Origin: Podarcis cretensis
Taxonomy: Eukaryota
Reading direction: 5' to 3'
Length of the DNA stretch: 64,000 bases
NCBI GenBank assembly: GCA_951804945.1
Contig: OX638150.1
Coordinates: 41,168,001 to 41,232,000, forward strand
The position numbers were made by a program, and so were the translations under genes. A model generated the notes under the pieces. That model saw nothing but the letters and a program-made list of their open reading frames with translations. It did no database searches and had not been told where the DNA came from. This document shows positions 35,520-46,939 of this stretch, in pieces. Numbering within the stretch: the first letter of the stretch is position 1; each line of letters starts with the position of its first letter.

Positions 35520-37417
35520 TACAATATCATTTGTATGGTTTTCAGAGCAGAGAGGTTGGTATTCCAAATGTAAACCATTCCCATAGATGTAACTGTTTAT
35601 AAATTGAAGTGTTTATAATGTACAAACTACAGGAGTGGTTTAAGCAATGAGGCCTTGAAAGTACTGTGGTTGCTCAAGAAAATGCTGTACAATTCCCCCT
35701 TTTTATTGAATGTAAAGGGACTCAAAGTGGGGCATGGTCAATTTATACCCTTGGCAGTTGTTCTTTCTGGAAACAGTTTTCTGTTTTGTGCTCCAGAAGC
35801 CAGAAAAACATAATTCAAAAACAGTGACACTATTTTTTGTTTTAAAAACTACTTTAATGTGGCTGGGTAACTTGTGAAAGTTATCAGTTTTGAATTTTCA
35901 TCGTTCGAACTGAGCAAACGTACTAGTAGAAGCTTTTTCTCATAAATTACTTCATAACCTACCACCTGTCAGTTGGCCTCACCCCTGCCACACTGACTGT
36001 ATATGTGAAGACGGGATTGAATTTACTAAAACGTTGACCTAATATCCAAGAGCAAGAGGCTTGCAACTGGAAGACAACATGTTGAAACTCCACTCGGATG
36101 TTGGCAGCTTGCTAGTTTTTGTACTGCTTAATAATTTTCCTTGTTTTTTCACTCTGAATCCATTGTGAGGTCTGTGATGGAAACCAACCATTCTGTAAGG
36201 AGCTTTTTTATACAGCGTCACCCTTGTGAACCTGATGAGTTTTCAGTGGGTGTATGGCATCCTTAGGAGATGCTTTTCTCTGCCGTTATCTATGATCTCT
36301 TCACCTGGATATGCCATCTCTGAAGAAACTGGAATGTTAACCTCTTTCTATACATATTTTTATGTTCTTATGCTTCTCAGTGCAAGTGGGACCTGTGCTA
36401 AGTGTGGAGTGCCAGGCAGCTGTTCCTTCTTTCCCCTCTCATTTCACTTTATCCCTCTTCCCTACAATGTTCCATTCTGCCCCCTGCCTTCCTTCAGCAG
36501 TCAGCCAGCATTCTGTGTCCACTGAACATGCTCAGTCTCTCCCACTCCCCTGCACCCCCCATTTTGGGGGAATACATGTGAATCTAGATTTGGAGAGTGG
36601 AGTTTGCTATTCACATATATCAATACCTGCACCTTGAATCTCAGCTGGAAACAAATAAGCAAGTAATGTTTTTTTAAATGCCAAAGTGCAGTTAGCGCTT
36701 GCTTATAGTCATGATGTCATTATTTGTGCTGAAAAATGGAATATTGGTGAGAAGAAGCACAACTGTAAGAGAGATATTCTATAAGGAAGCTGTTTAAACA
36801 GGATCATGCTTCAGTTTTTATTCTCAATTATAACTGAGCCTTAGAAATTGTATTTATACCAATATGCAAAGGTGCAAATATTTTCCATTTGCAGGTTTGG
36901 ACAAAATTTGTGGGGCAATAGAGTGCAGTGCAAGTAGCATGAGGGCTGAATGTGTGGGGCCAGTTTCTAATCTCTGGTCATTTGCAGGTAGCTTTGGGGT
37001 GATCCTTGCCCATTGCAAAAGTGGAGGTTCTGTGCAGCCACTCCAAACAGCCCAGATAAAATTTTCACCCTTCTTCTGGTCTAAATTTATAAAGCATTTT
37101 GTTCTAACTACTAACCATGGGTCAAGGAACAGATGTGTCTGCACGTTCTTAATCCGTTATGCTAGCTAAGTGCAGCATCTACATGGGCTACACCTACCGT
37201 GATGCTTTTGGGTGGCTTCTGCTTGGCTTCTGTCACATTTAAAACAGCCATCTGTCTAACCTTCCTCAGAGGGCTGCCATGCCAATAAGTTAGATCAAAG
37301 CTGCAGAGCTCTTGGTTGCTGGAAGGGTGCCATAAAATGATAGCATTGCATTTGTTTGGGTGTGATGGTGGAAAACCTGGATATTAATACTATATAACGA
37401 TATATCTTTTTTAATAG

Positions 37418-37519
37418 AAATCATCGACGATATCACCAATTTAGTAGAAAATACCGACAACAAGCTGCGCAACCAAACCAAGCGTGTAATGACAGTGGAC
37501 AGAAAATCATCTTCTTGTG
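37418..37519 (+). CDS. STX8: Syntaxin-8 internal coding exon (102 bp; second half of the SNARE motif)
   Basis: ctttttttaatag-type acceptor (AG 37416-37417); donor G|gtaaga at 37520. Phase 1/1, in frame with the previous exon: (E)IIDDITNLVENTDNKLRNQTKRVMTVDRKSSSC. Confidence 0.97.
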
Positions 37520-37908
37520 GTAAGATATGGTTTGACTTAAAAGTCTACTTTTTAAATAATTTTTTTAAAAAAATAGCTGCCATTTTGTAGCTTCTAATTA
37601 TTGGCCTGAAGCAGTCTAAATAATTTTTCACTGTTATCTTGTAATGGTTAATGGCAGTTAATTAAGCACGGTTTAAGCAGCTACTGCTTTTGAGAGAGTG
37701 AGGAGAGAAAAGAAGACATGATAGAAGAGGAGTAAAATTAGTATCCTCATATAGAGAAGGGGAGTTATTTGTAGAAGTGATTCCATTTGGTAAAATGTCT
37801 GTGCCTACAGATACCCTACAAAGCAGAGAGTTCTCTTATGTGAAGGCCACCAATGTTGCAATTTGTGTTTCTACTATTGCACTTTCCATATTGTCAAACA
37901 TAATAAAC

Positions 37909-38044
37909 CAGGCACAGGTAAACTCCGGCCCGCCAGATGTTTGGGACTACAATTCCCATCATCCCTGACCACTGGTCGTGTTAGCTAGGGATGATGGGAA
38001 ATATAGTCCCAAACATCTGGAGGGCCGGAGTTTGCCTATGCCTG
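37909..38044. mobile_element. hAT MITE, palindromic
   Basis: 8-bp duplication taataaac (37901-37908 / 38045-38052); caggcacaggtaaactccggccc / gggccggagtttgcctatgcctg termini. Confidence 0.93.
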
Positions 38045-38169
38045 TAATAAACTGTATGTTGCCAGTTAAGCCACGTGTGTACATAATTTTAAATCTTTAT
38101 TTTCTTGGCACATGATAGGTATAGGATATTTAGCACCATTTCGTTTCCATATAATACGTTGGTTTAGTG

Positions 38170-38290
38170 CAGGGTTTCCCAAACTTGGGCCCCAAGCTGT
38201 TTTTGCACTACAATTCCCATCATCCTTGACCACTGGGATGATGGGAATTGTAGTGCAAAAACAGCTGGGGACCCAAATTTGGAAACCCTG
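38170..38290. mobile_element. hAT MITE, palindromic
   Basis: 8-bp duplication gtttagtg (38162-38169 / 38291-38298); cagggtttcc / ggaaaccctg termini. Confidence 0.93.
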
Positions 38291-40499
38291 GTTTAGTGCA
38301 AAACAGTATGAAACACTGGTCGGGCTGATAAAACACAACTGAATACTCTTCTACGATTCCTTGATGTTTCAGATAACTGCATGTGTTAAATTTCAAAAGA
38401 CTTAGATGTAAAACCAATTGTGTGGGGAAGGGGAATCCTTGATCTTTATTGTTGAGTTTTGTGTTCACAGTGCACTTAATTTACTGAATGTCTTAATACT
38501 GAATGTCTCTTAAATGACTTAAGCAAAAAAGAAGGAAGGCCATCAAGTTAGACTCTTCAACTGCACTTAGAAAGATATATCCTGTGTTTGTTAGAAGTAT
38601 TTGTATCCCTCCTTCTGTCTGGCAGAAAAGACTTCAATGCCACGGACAGTAAATGGAAATTAATATTTAATAAACATAATATACTTGGTTAAGATAGTGG
38701 TGGTTCATGATGGCTCTGCGGGGAGGAGGGGATGATGATGGAAAATGTCTGATCTCCTGGCTTTAGATGTTGCTATAAATGTTGTCGTTGTTATTTATTA
38801 GCAACTTTACCATGGTACCGGGGGTGGGGGGAGCTTCAGAAGCATACAGTTTGTGCTAGCATTATTAGCATTAACATCTTAGGCCTAGTGGCAGTCAGCC
38901 ATTTGATATTAAACCCCTACAGATTGCTGTGTAGTTGAGTTCTGAATCTGAAAGCAGGGATTTGCACCCGTATCTAGTCATGAAATCATATAGTGTAGGC
39001 TAGTGATACTTTTTCCATCAAGCAGATGGCAGTTGCTTTTCAGATTGATTCGATTTTACCTAGCAACCTGGCTCTATGAAATGCTAAGAGTCAGAGAACA
39101 AAGGTATATTTTATCTGATATTTCCAAAGACAATTAAAGATGACTTAGTCTATCCTCCACTCTTTTCCCTCTTTCCCCGCCAGTTCTTCCAGCTCACTAG
39201 AAATGCATATGAATGGTAAGATATAGGAATGGGTTGTATTAAAACCTCCCATTTTCTTCTGTTCCACAAGGTGGCATCGCAGCGAGATGTCTCTTTGCTT
39301 TTAGTTTTTATGGTGTCTTTAGGGGAGAACAAAAATCATGCCTTTAATTTCTATCACCTAAATCGGTATGCGCTGCGCTGTATTAACTTCTCACAGGAAT
39401 ATTATTTTTTTACGGTGTTCCTCAGACTTTGCTGCAAACTTTAAATAAATCTGTGGGGTTTTTAAAATGTGGATGACATCCTAAAAGAATGTCCCTAGAA
39501 AGTAGGAGTATGCCCCCAGCTCTCACCTTATTCATCATTCTGGTGCAGTACCCACATTCTTTGGCTATTTTTCTCAGAAAGTCAATTGGCTTGATAAATT
39601 CAGGGCTGCAAGTAATCAGGTTTGTTCAGCTGATGCAAAGTATATATATTCTGACGAGTGAAAGTTCCATCCGCTTTATTTTTAGTATTGCGGGGAGCTT
39701 AGTTCAGTGTGACATGAAGTCAGCCTTTCCTGTGGCCGGTTTGCCAGAAGATTGTGCCAGCGTTCTTTCCAATAACTGCACGGACAATTGCCTTGGGTCT
39801 GAACCAAAAGATGATTTCCCTGAAACAACTTTTTTCCCTGGTTTATGAGCTGTTCCATTTTTCTCTTTGCTCCTTTTCATGTTCCCTAAGCCCAGCTATC
39901 TGGGTATTTGGAATCACTTCCCACGATGTTACTACCATTTGGTTTGTGATGTTGGCACCTGTGTGACACCTCATACTGATAGCAGAGCAATGGACCAAGT
40001 TTGGAGAAGGGGCATAAAAACATAGTAACTTCTTTTTGTAAGATAGGAGGTGGGTTCTTATTTCAGCTGCTATTTACATAATAAAAATGTGCATTAATTT
40101 CATTCATGAAGTTAAGATCAGTCTAATTTGGCCCTGAGACATAGAGATAACTTGTCTGGATAGTGGCCAACAGTGGCCTTTGGCTGCAATGGGGCCCTGT
40201 AACTGCTGAGCTGTCATTTATTTCAGATTCAGACGCTGGGACTGCTGCGCTCATATATCATCCCCTTATGCCTGTCAAAATGTTTGTGCTTTTTGAGGAC
40301 TTCAACTGCTGTGGCATGTTAATCAGAAGTTCAGATAATTGTGCCCAGCATGCTATGATTTGCAGAGTTCAAGACCCTAAGCAGCAGTGGACGCTCGCAA
40401 GACAGCATCGTTTCATACATATTTTTTTCTTCTTTATATCTTGTCAAGAGCATCACAGATCCTAATATGCTCGCCTCCCACCACCATCAGATGCGCTCT

Positions 40500-40645
40500 C
40501 TCCTTTTCCCATTCTCCTCTGGTGAAGTGGAGTAAAGGATAAGTTGCTTGACTTGCCAAGGTCACCCAAACAGCCCCATGGCATGGCTATCATTAAACCT
40601 GTATCTCTGGAATTCTATCCCAATGCTTTAATCACTGAGCAACCT
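40500..40645 (-). mobile_element. Old MIR-like SINE
   Basis: gacttgccaaggtcaccca...ctttaatcactgagc. Confidence 0.5.
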
Positions 40646-43192
40646 CTTTGTCACTTGGCAGAAGTCCATGGTGAAAGCATTCAGAAAGAAATAGTCTGGA
40701 CAGTAAAATCCTTCCAACTCCCACAGTCTCCCCAAAGAAAAATAAACCCCAAGCTTAGTTAATATTTTGTCTCGTTAGGCTTCCAAGAGCAGAAATCTAA
40801 AAATTTAGAGTGATAAGACGCAGGATTGTGAGCTACTCTGGTAGGCAGTTTGGATCTGATACTCATAATTATATCCTTGTTATTTACTCTTTCTTGAAAC
40901 TCAGAAGAGGATTTGGCATGTCTAGTGAGAAAATGCTGTTGTGTGTCTCCCCCCCACCAGCCTTTCACCTTAAAGCAATGGGTAAGGGGGGTCTAGCATG
41001 CCTATGCAGGCTGGGTGAGCGGAAGAGGCCAGCAACACCTAGTTAATTACATTTGCATATGCAGCTGTTCAAATAGAGCCTCTCTGGTGCCTGCTCTCAC
41101 CTCGTGGGGGATTTGGAGCAGCTGTTGCTAGACCTGGCAATCTGGCTCTGCCATTGGAGGGCTGGGGTGCGTCCCCGGGACGCCCCCTCAACCATCTATC
41201 ATTTCAAAGGCCAAGTAATTAGTTATATTTGAATACAAAGAGGGGAAACCTGGCATTGTGTGAACATCCAGGGGCAGCTGCTTATAGTTTGGTTTCCAAG
41301 GATACGTGTCCAGGAGTTAAATCACTGCTTGATATTTCTGGAAAAAGTGCAGAAATGTGATAATCAGAATTTGACGCCTGCTGCTTATTTTATAGCACAT
41401 CCTGCAAGTCGGTGGAGGCTTCCCTGTGATTTTAGGTGGTTGTTTAATTTTCCTTTAAAAACAGAGAAAAAAATACAATTGGCTATCGTGCTGAGGTTCT
41501 GTTGAGATCATAACTTAGTTTGTTTTGTTTTGTGGGAGCTGGGTGAAAATCATATGTGGCCCGCTTTCCTGATTCTGCATGCATTTTTTTTTTGAAGCTC
41601 TTTAATTCCCTTCACCCGAAAGATGGGTATTTCAAAAGCAGATGCTAGGCAGCAGAAATATAGGGTGCAGATAGTAGAAGGATGGTGGAAAGGTCCAGGA
41701 TAAAGACTTTCCCACTTATAAGGGCAATCTTAAGGTGCACGTCAGCCTCCAAAATAGAGATGATAAGGATTCATAGTATTTCATTCCTAAAAGCAAGGAC
41801 ATCCAGGATGCTTTTTCTCGGTTAAAGATACCTTGGTTAACATACCTTGTTCCACCTGAAAGATTTCGCATATCCAACCAGCCAGTCTGTTGCTGCTTTC
41901 CCTTTCCCTCCTCCTCCTTTGTTTTCATATCTGAAACAAAACTGAGAGAGCCATTAGGAGCAGTGCACACATCTTTCCCTCCACCACATGAAACCATGTG
42001 CAGTGTGAACTGGCCCTTCCTCATGAGTGCCTGATCACATGCAGGACTGATCTGTAGCATTTCTGAACTTCAAGAAAATGGCGCGACAGTCACATAAACC
42101 AATAGTTTGTGCAGTTGGCCATTCATGCTGAGGGCCAGTTTGTGTAGTAGAGGAGAGGGACCAGCTCATGTTTGCTCCTCATCCAACTACAGCCCTACTG
42201 TTGGGCTATGATCTGGGGCCGAGGCATTGACCATTTTTTCAAATAAAATGAAAGTGAAAAAGTTATTTTTCAAATAAATGAGGAGGCCATTCTTGAGGAA
42301 AGCATCTAAATCCACGGTGTTGTGTGGTGGATTTCACTGTCTCATTGCTGCTGTAGATGGTGTTCAGTTAACTCTATCCTCCCTTTGTAGTCCTCAAAAA
42401 GAAGGAAGGGTGGAATAAATTGCCCCCGCCCCGCCGCTTTCACTAGAGAAATATAACTGCAAAGTAATTGATTGCCAAAACAGTGGTGAGTGACATTGTG
42501 GATCTGTGATGCCTGTCCTGTAGATGTACATGGGACTGTAATGTTTGGAAATAAGGGACACGTATCATTTCCCTGTATTCATCCTGGTCTGTGGAGTCTG
42601 GGCCAGAGACCTCTGTGGTGCATATGTGTTTCATGGAAAGTGCCATAAGCCACACAAATCCCTGGTTACTCGAAAGGTCTTCTCTGTTGCAGTTTTCAGT
42701 CTTCCCAGTCGTATTCCTTGATGGCTCAATATAACATTTGTTGGCCTTTTCATATTTGCCTTTGAAATGCTCTCCAAATTTCTGCGGTCTCTCTCTCCCT
42801 TCATTTCGAGGGTTCAGATTTGCTCCTTGTCTCTGCTCTCAGTGGATTCTCATCGTGGAGCAGGAGAGACTGCTTTAGGGTGGGTTTATTTACCTAATAA
42901 ACTGGCTCTTGTATCGTCTAGGAAATGCTGACATTTTTGAAAGAGGAACTCCTAGTAACAGGCAAACAAAGGTCCAGCAGTTAGGTCTGGTGAAACAACG
43001 AAATGAAGGTCAGCGAATATTGCCCTCAGCCTCTTTCCCGGTGGCCATGACAGCAGCGGAGGTTTATTTGAAGATCCCAGACTCAGAGTCATTGCTTGCA
43101 TTGTCACCCATCTGAGCGTTCGAGTCTGTGCCAACAGTTTGGGATATTAATGTATTCCACAGATCAGTGAAAAAAGGAATTCCTCTGCACGT

Positions 43193-43267
43193 CTTTCTTT
43201 TCTTTTCTTTTCTTTTCTTTTCTTTTCTTTTCTTTTCTTTTCTTTTCTTTTCTTTTCTTTTCTTTTT
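43193..43267 (+). repeat. (CTTTT)n microsatellite
   Basis: About 14 units; it explains the KEKKR and FFSFL ORFs. Confidence 0.95.
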
Positions 43268-45257
43268 GTTTTCCCTAATTTCCCCCCCCCCCACTCCTTT
43301 CCATACACTTTGTTTGCAGTGTCTTTGTCTGGCGGATGTTGCTGGGCATTTCTAATGAGAAAGCAAAGAATTGTGGAGAGGGAGGGGGAGGGGTGTGTTA
43401 GCACTTTTAAAACATAAGGTGAAAGTTTTTTACAAGCTAGTCAGGTGCATAGAAATTCGTATTCTGGTTGGGATTGTGAATGCAAATATACAGTAGAAAG
43501 CCCCCTTTCTGACACATAAATCTCATTGATTTGCTTCCTGGAGCAAGAAAGTACTTTAGGAAAAATTAAACACTGCTGCTCCACAGGATGCCATGCCTCA
43601 GTGCTTCTTTAGTATTCATCCGTGCTTCATTACCACAGCCACCTCTCAGCCCACCCTGAGCAGCTGCTAAAAGGGGCAAAATTACAGCAATTCATACTGC
43701 GGGTGACTTACTGCCAGGGAATAATTGGTTTCTGTTTGCAAGGGACATTATCACAGTGAAGCTTGGAAAACAGAAATTGTTTGCTGGTTTTGGGGAGGGG
43801 GGTGTTCAATGGAATGTATTTATCAAGATTTTCACAGGATTTGTAGAAAGGGCAGCTCAATGGAAAGAAAAGCTGTTGTTGTTCTTGCGAAGAGACAATT
43901 ATCTAATAAAGAAATGGGTCAGGCAAAGGAATTTGCACAGGTTTCTTAAACGTATCTGTTTATGCGGCTTCCCTAGCAGGAATTGTACTTAATACTTCGA
44001 TATTTTTTTAATATATTCTTTGATCCTTCATGGAAATGTTAATGAGATGAAATGGGCTAAAGAGCTCCAGACACTGCCTGGAGAGGGAGGAATGAAATGC
44101 AGACCCTCTGGAGGGCTTCTGACACACAAGAAGTCCCTTTGTTTCCTGTTTTACAAACCAGAGACATGTCTAAAATCAGCAGCAAAAGAGAGCAGGCTGA
44201 AGAGGCAGTGCCGAAGACTAGGCTTTCTATATTTTAAAGTGGGGGGGGGGGGAATTGTTTGTTGCTGGCTGTGAATGCCTTGGCGTGCTTGATGGGCAGT
44301 GTTCTGTGGCTGTTTGAAGTCCAGAATGAAGGTACTCAGAAGATGTGAGCAGGATGTGGTTAGGCCGTCTTTCACTTAGACTTAATTAAGAATCTTGCAG
44401 GCTTTGTCTCTTGGGGAGCCTGTTTCTGTGAATAGGGAGCTTGGCCCCAAAATTGTATATACCAGGCCCACTGCCTTTGTGTTGGGTTGCCAAACTGAAG
44501 ACAGTAGCAAGTGCAGGCCCCATGTTGCTGGAGGTCATCCTCTTGTTCGGAGAAGTGAGCCCACATCCCCAAGAGAAAGCGAGAGGAGCTGGAGGGAGTC
44601 TTTCTTAGGAACCGGAGAGTAACCAACCTTTATATATGTGTGCGTGTGTGTGTATAAATAAAAAGCCAGTGGGAGGTAGAAGAGGTTTTGTAACACTTTC
44701 CAGCGGATGATTGTTTAGCCTTAAGGAAGGTCAGAGGCTAAACCACAAAGGGCAAACACTTTTCCTCAAGGAGTCAACACTGGGTCCATTTCTGTATGTG
44801 GGACTATATCTGGGGTTTCATACCCAGATATTAATGAGTCCAGGTATACAATTTATAACCTATGATGTTCCCTTCTAGAGGAGTCAGATTTATTTTTAAT
44901 ACTTTAATGATTAACAAAAAAAGATTCATTGTTATTTTGGCTTTTCACAGGAGAAATCCTAGCACTTTGAGAGTGTTGTCCAAAGCTTAATGGCTAGCCT
45001 TCCATTTTCAGCAAAAACCTAAACTCCTGGTTATGGTTTTAGATAAGCCATAAGGTCAGGTCTTTCTATTCATTTGCATGAGAATTAATGCCTATAGAAG
45101 TGACCTTTGCCTCTCAGTTCATCAGAGGTCTTGGTAGTTGTAACTATGTTTAGGGGAGAGAAGTCGAACAGGTGAATAGTGAGGTGGCCTGGATAGGCAC
45201 TTGAAGGACTCTCTATCCTCTATCCCATAGGCTGTGAACATGATTGGATGAGGTAGG

Positions 45258-45380
45258 TCAGGAGCAGCCGCTGTGTTCCCCTCCAGATGTTCTGACCACC
45301 CTGCGTCATTGGCAATGCTGTCTGTGGTTGATGAGTTGCAGTCCATAACATCTAGAGGGACCAGGTTGGCTACCCTCGAG
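45258..45380. mobile_element. hAT-type MITE (decayed)
   Basis: ccctccagatgtt ... aacatctagaggg inverted pair. Confidence 0.6.
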
Positions 45381-46757
45381 GTAGGGGTGATGTCTCTGCT
45401 AGAAAAGCAACTGAGAAGAAACTTGGACCATGCTCTTAACTTGCCATTTATGGGGCACAAAGATAGAGGGAGTCGAACTCTGTGCATTCCTGCATGAGAC
45501 TGGTAGTTTTAAATCTGTTTCATTCTGGCTTTAGGCCAGATTTGGGCCCAGAGACGTCTCTGCTTGTAGTGGACAATCTCAGCTGTTGCTACTATACCTG
45601 CTGATGCCATTTGACAGTAGCATCCTTCTGAATCATATTGTGGGGTTGGGGTGATTCTGCTTCCTTTCTGACTGGTATAAGAGGGTATTATTAACAGCTG
45701 TTCAGTCTATTTCCCCACCATTCTTGTTTCTGTTTTAGGGAGTGGAGATCCACTTGTGAATCAGCATCTAAAAGCTCTTGTGGTTAGATAAGGTGGAATA
45801 GACTTTAAGCAGAAGGCAGACAAGACTGAAGATGCAGTGCTTCCTTCCATTCATACTCACTTAGAAGATCAGATACCTAACCTAGAAATGTCCCTAGTGG
45901 CCATGGGTGCTTTTTTCACTTACACTCAGTATTAGCTGCTGCAACTCTTATTGGAAGGTAAGACCTTCCTGGTGCTGGGGCGGGGGGGGGGGGGGTCATC
46001 ACTCATACTTGAATTATCTTAAGAATTTGATTTGTATAATATGCTCTGTGTGAACATGCCTGGAAACATACCTTATGCAAAACTTTACTTGTATGATGAG
46101 GTATGAGACACTACCTGCATATTTAAAAATTCCACTGGTTACATGCTTGCTTTTTAAGAACAATTCATGGTGGTTATTTATGAAGCCCTGCATGGCTAAG
46201 TCACAGGTATCTCAATAAACACATGCCATATTAAAGTATTCCACGTGTTTGGATCTTAAGGAGAGTTTCCTACTCTGTATATTTCTTTTTCCAAAGAGAG
46301 GGAGGCATTTAGTGGAGGCGTTCGTATTGAGAAATTTTGTTCTTTCATAGCAATATTAAAAATAGAACATCGGGGGTTAGAGTTTCTAAGTTTACTCTCA
46401 AGCTGAGTTGCTGTAGCCCTTCATTCTCTCTGCTGATACTTGTGCACACAGAAAAGAGAAAAATATTTGCACATGGATTAACATTTTTTAGAACTTATTG
46501 CCATTTGTAGGGCAGGGAGAAAACAACAGGATTAGGCAGAGATTCGAATTAATGTACAGTCATTTTGGATTCTGGTTTATGAGGTGAATTCATGGGTTTA
46601 ATTTGCTGCCATGCAGTTTCCACAATGAGTTGCATTTGGAATGAGTTGCAGTTAAAGTTCTTTTGGGGAGAGAAACAGTCAAACTTCTGATTAACTGAGG
46701 CAACCCTAGTTAAAACTAAGGGTGAGTGCCCAAAACAAAATCCCTTATACTTTATAG

Positions 46758-46874
46758 CAGCCTCCCTCAACCTTGGGTCCCCAGATGTTGTTGGACTACA
46801 ACTCCCATCATTCCTAGCTAGCAGACCAGTGATCAGGAGTGATGGCAGTTGTAGTTGAGGGTTGAGAGAGGCTG
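46758..46874. mobile_element. hAT MITE
   Basis: 8-bp duplication ctttatag (46750-46757 / 46875-46882); cagcctccctcaacc / ggttgagagaggctg termini. Confidence 0.9.
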
Positions 46875-46916
46875 CTTTATAGGTATTGGAGTATGACTTG
46901 GGACCTTGGGGTTCAT

Positions 46917-46939
46917 TACTACTACTACTACTACTACTT
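46917..46939 (+). repeat. (ACT)n microsatellite
   Basis: About 7 units. Confidence 0.85.

Noticed and set aside
43064-43404. Lysine/arginine-rich and phenylalanine-rich ORFs
   Set aside because: They are translations of the (CTTTT)n microsatellite.
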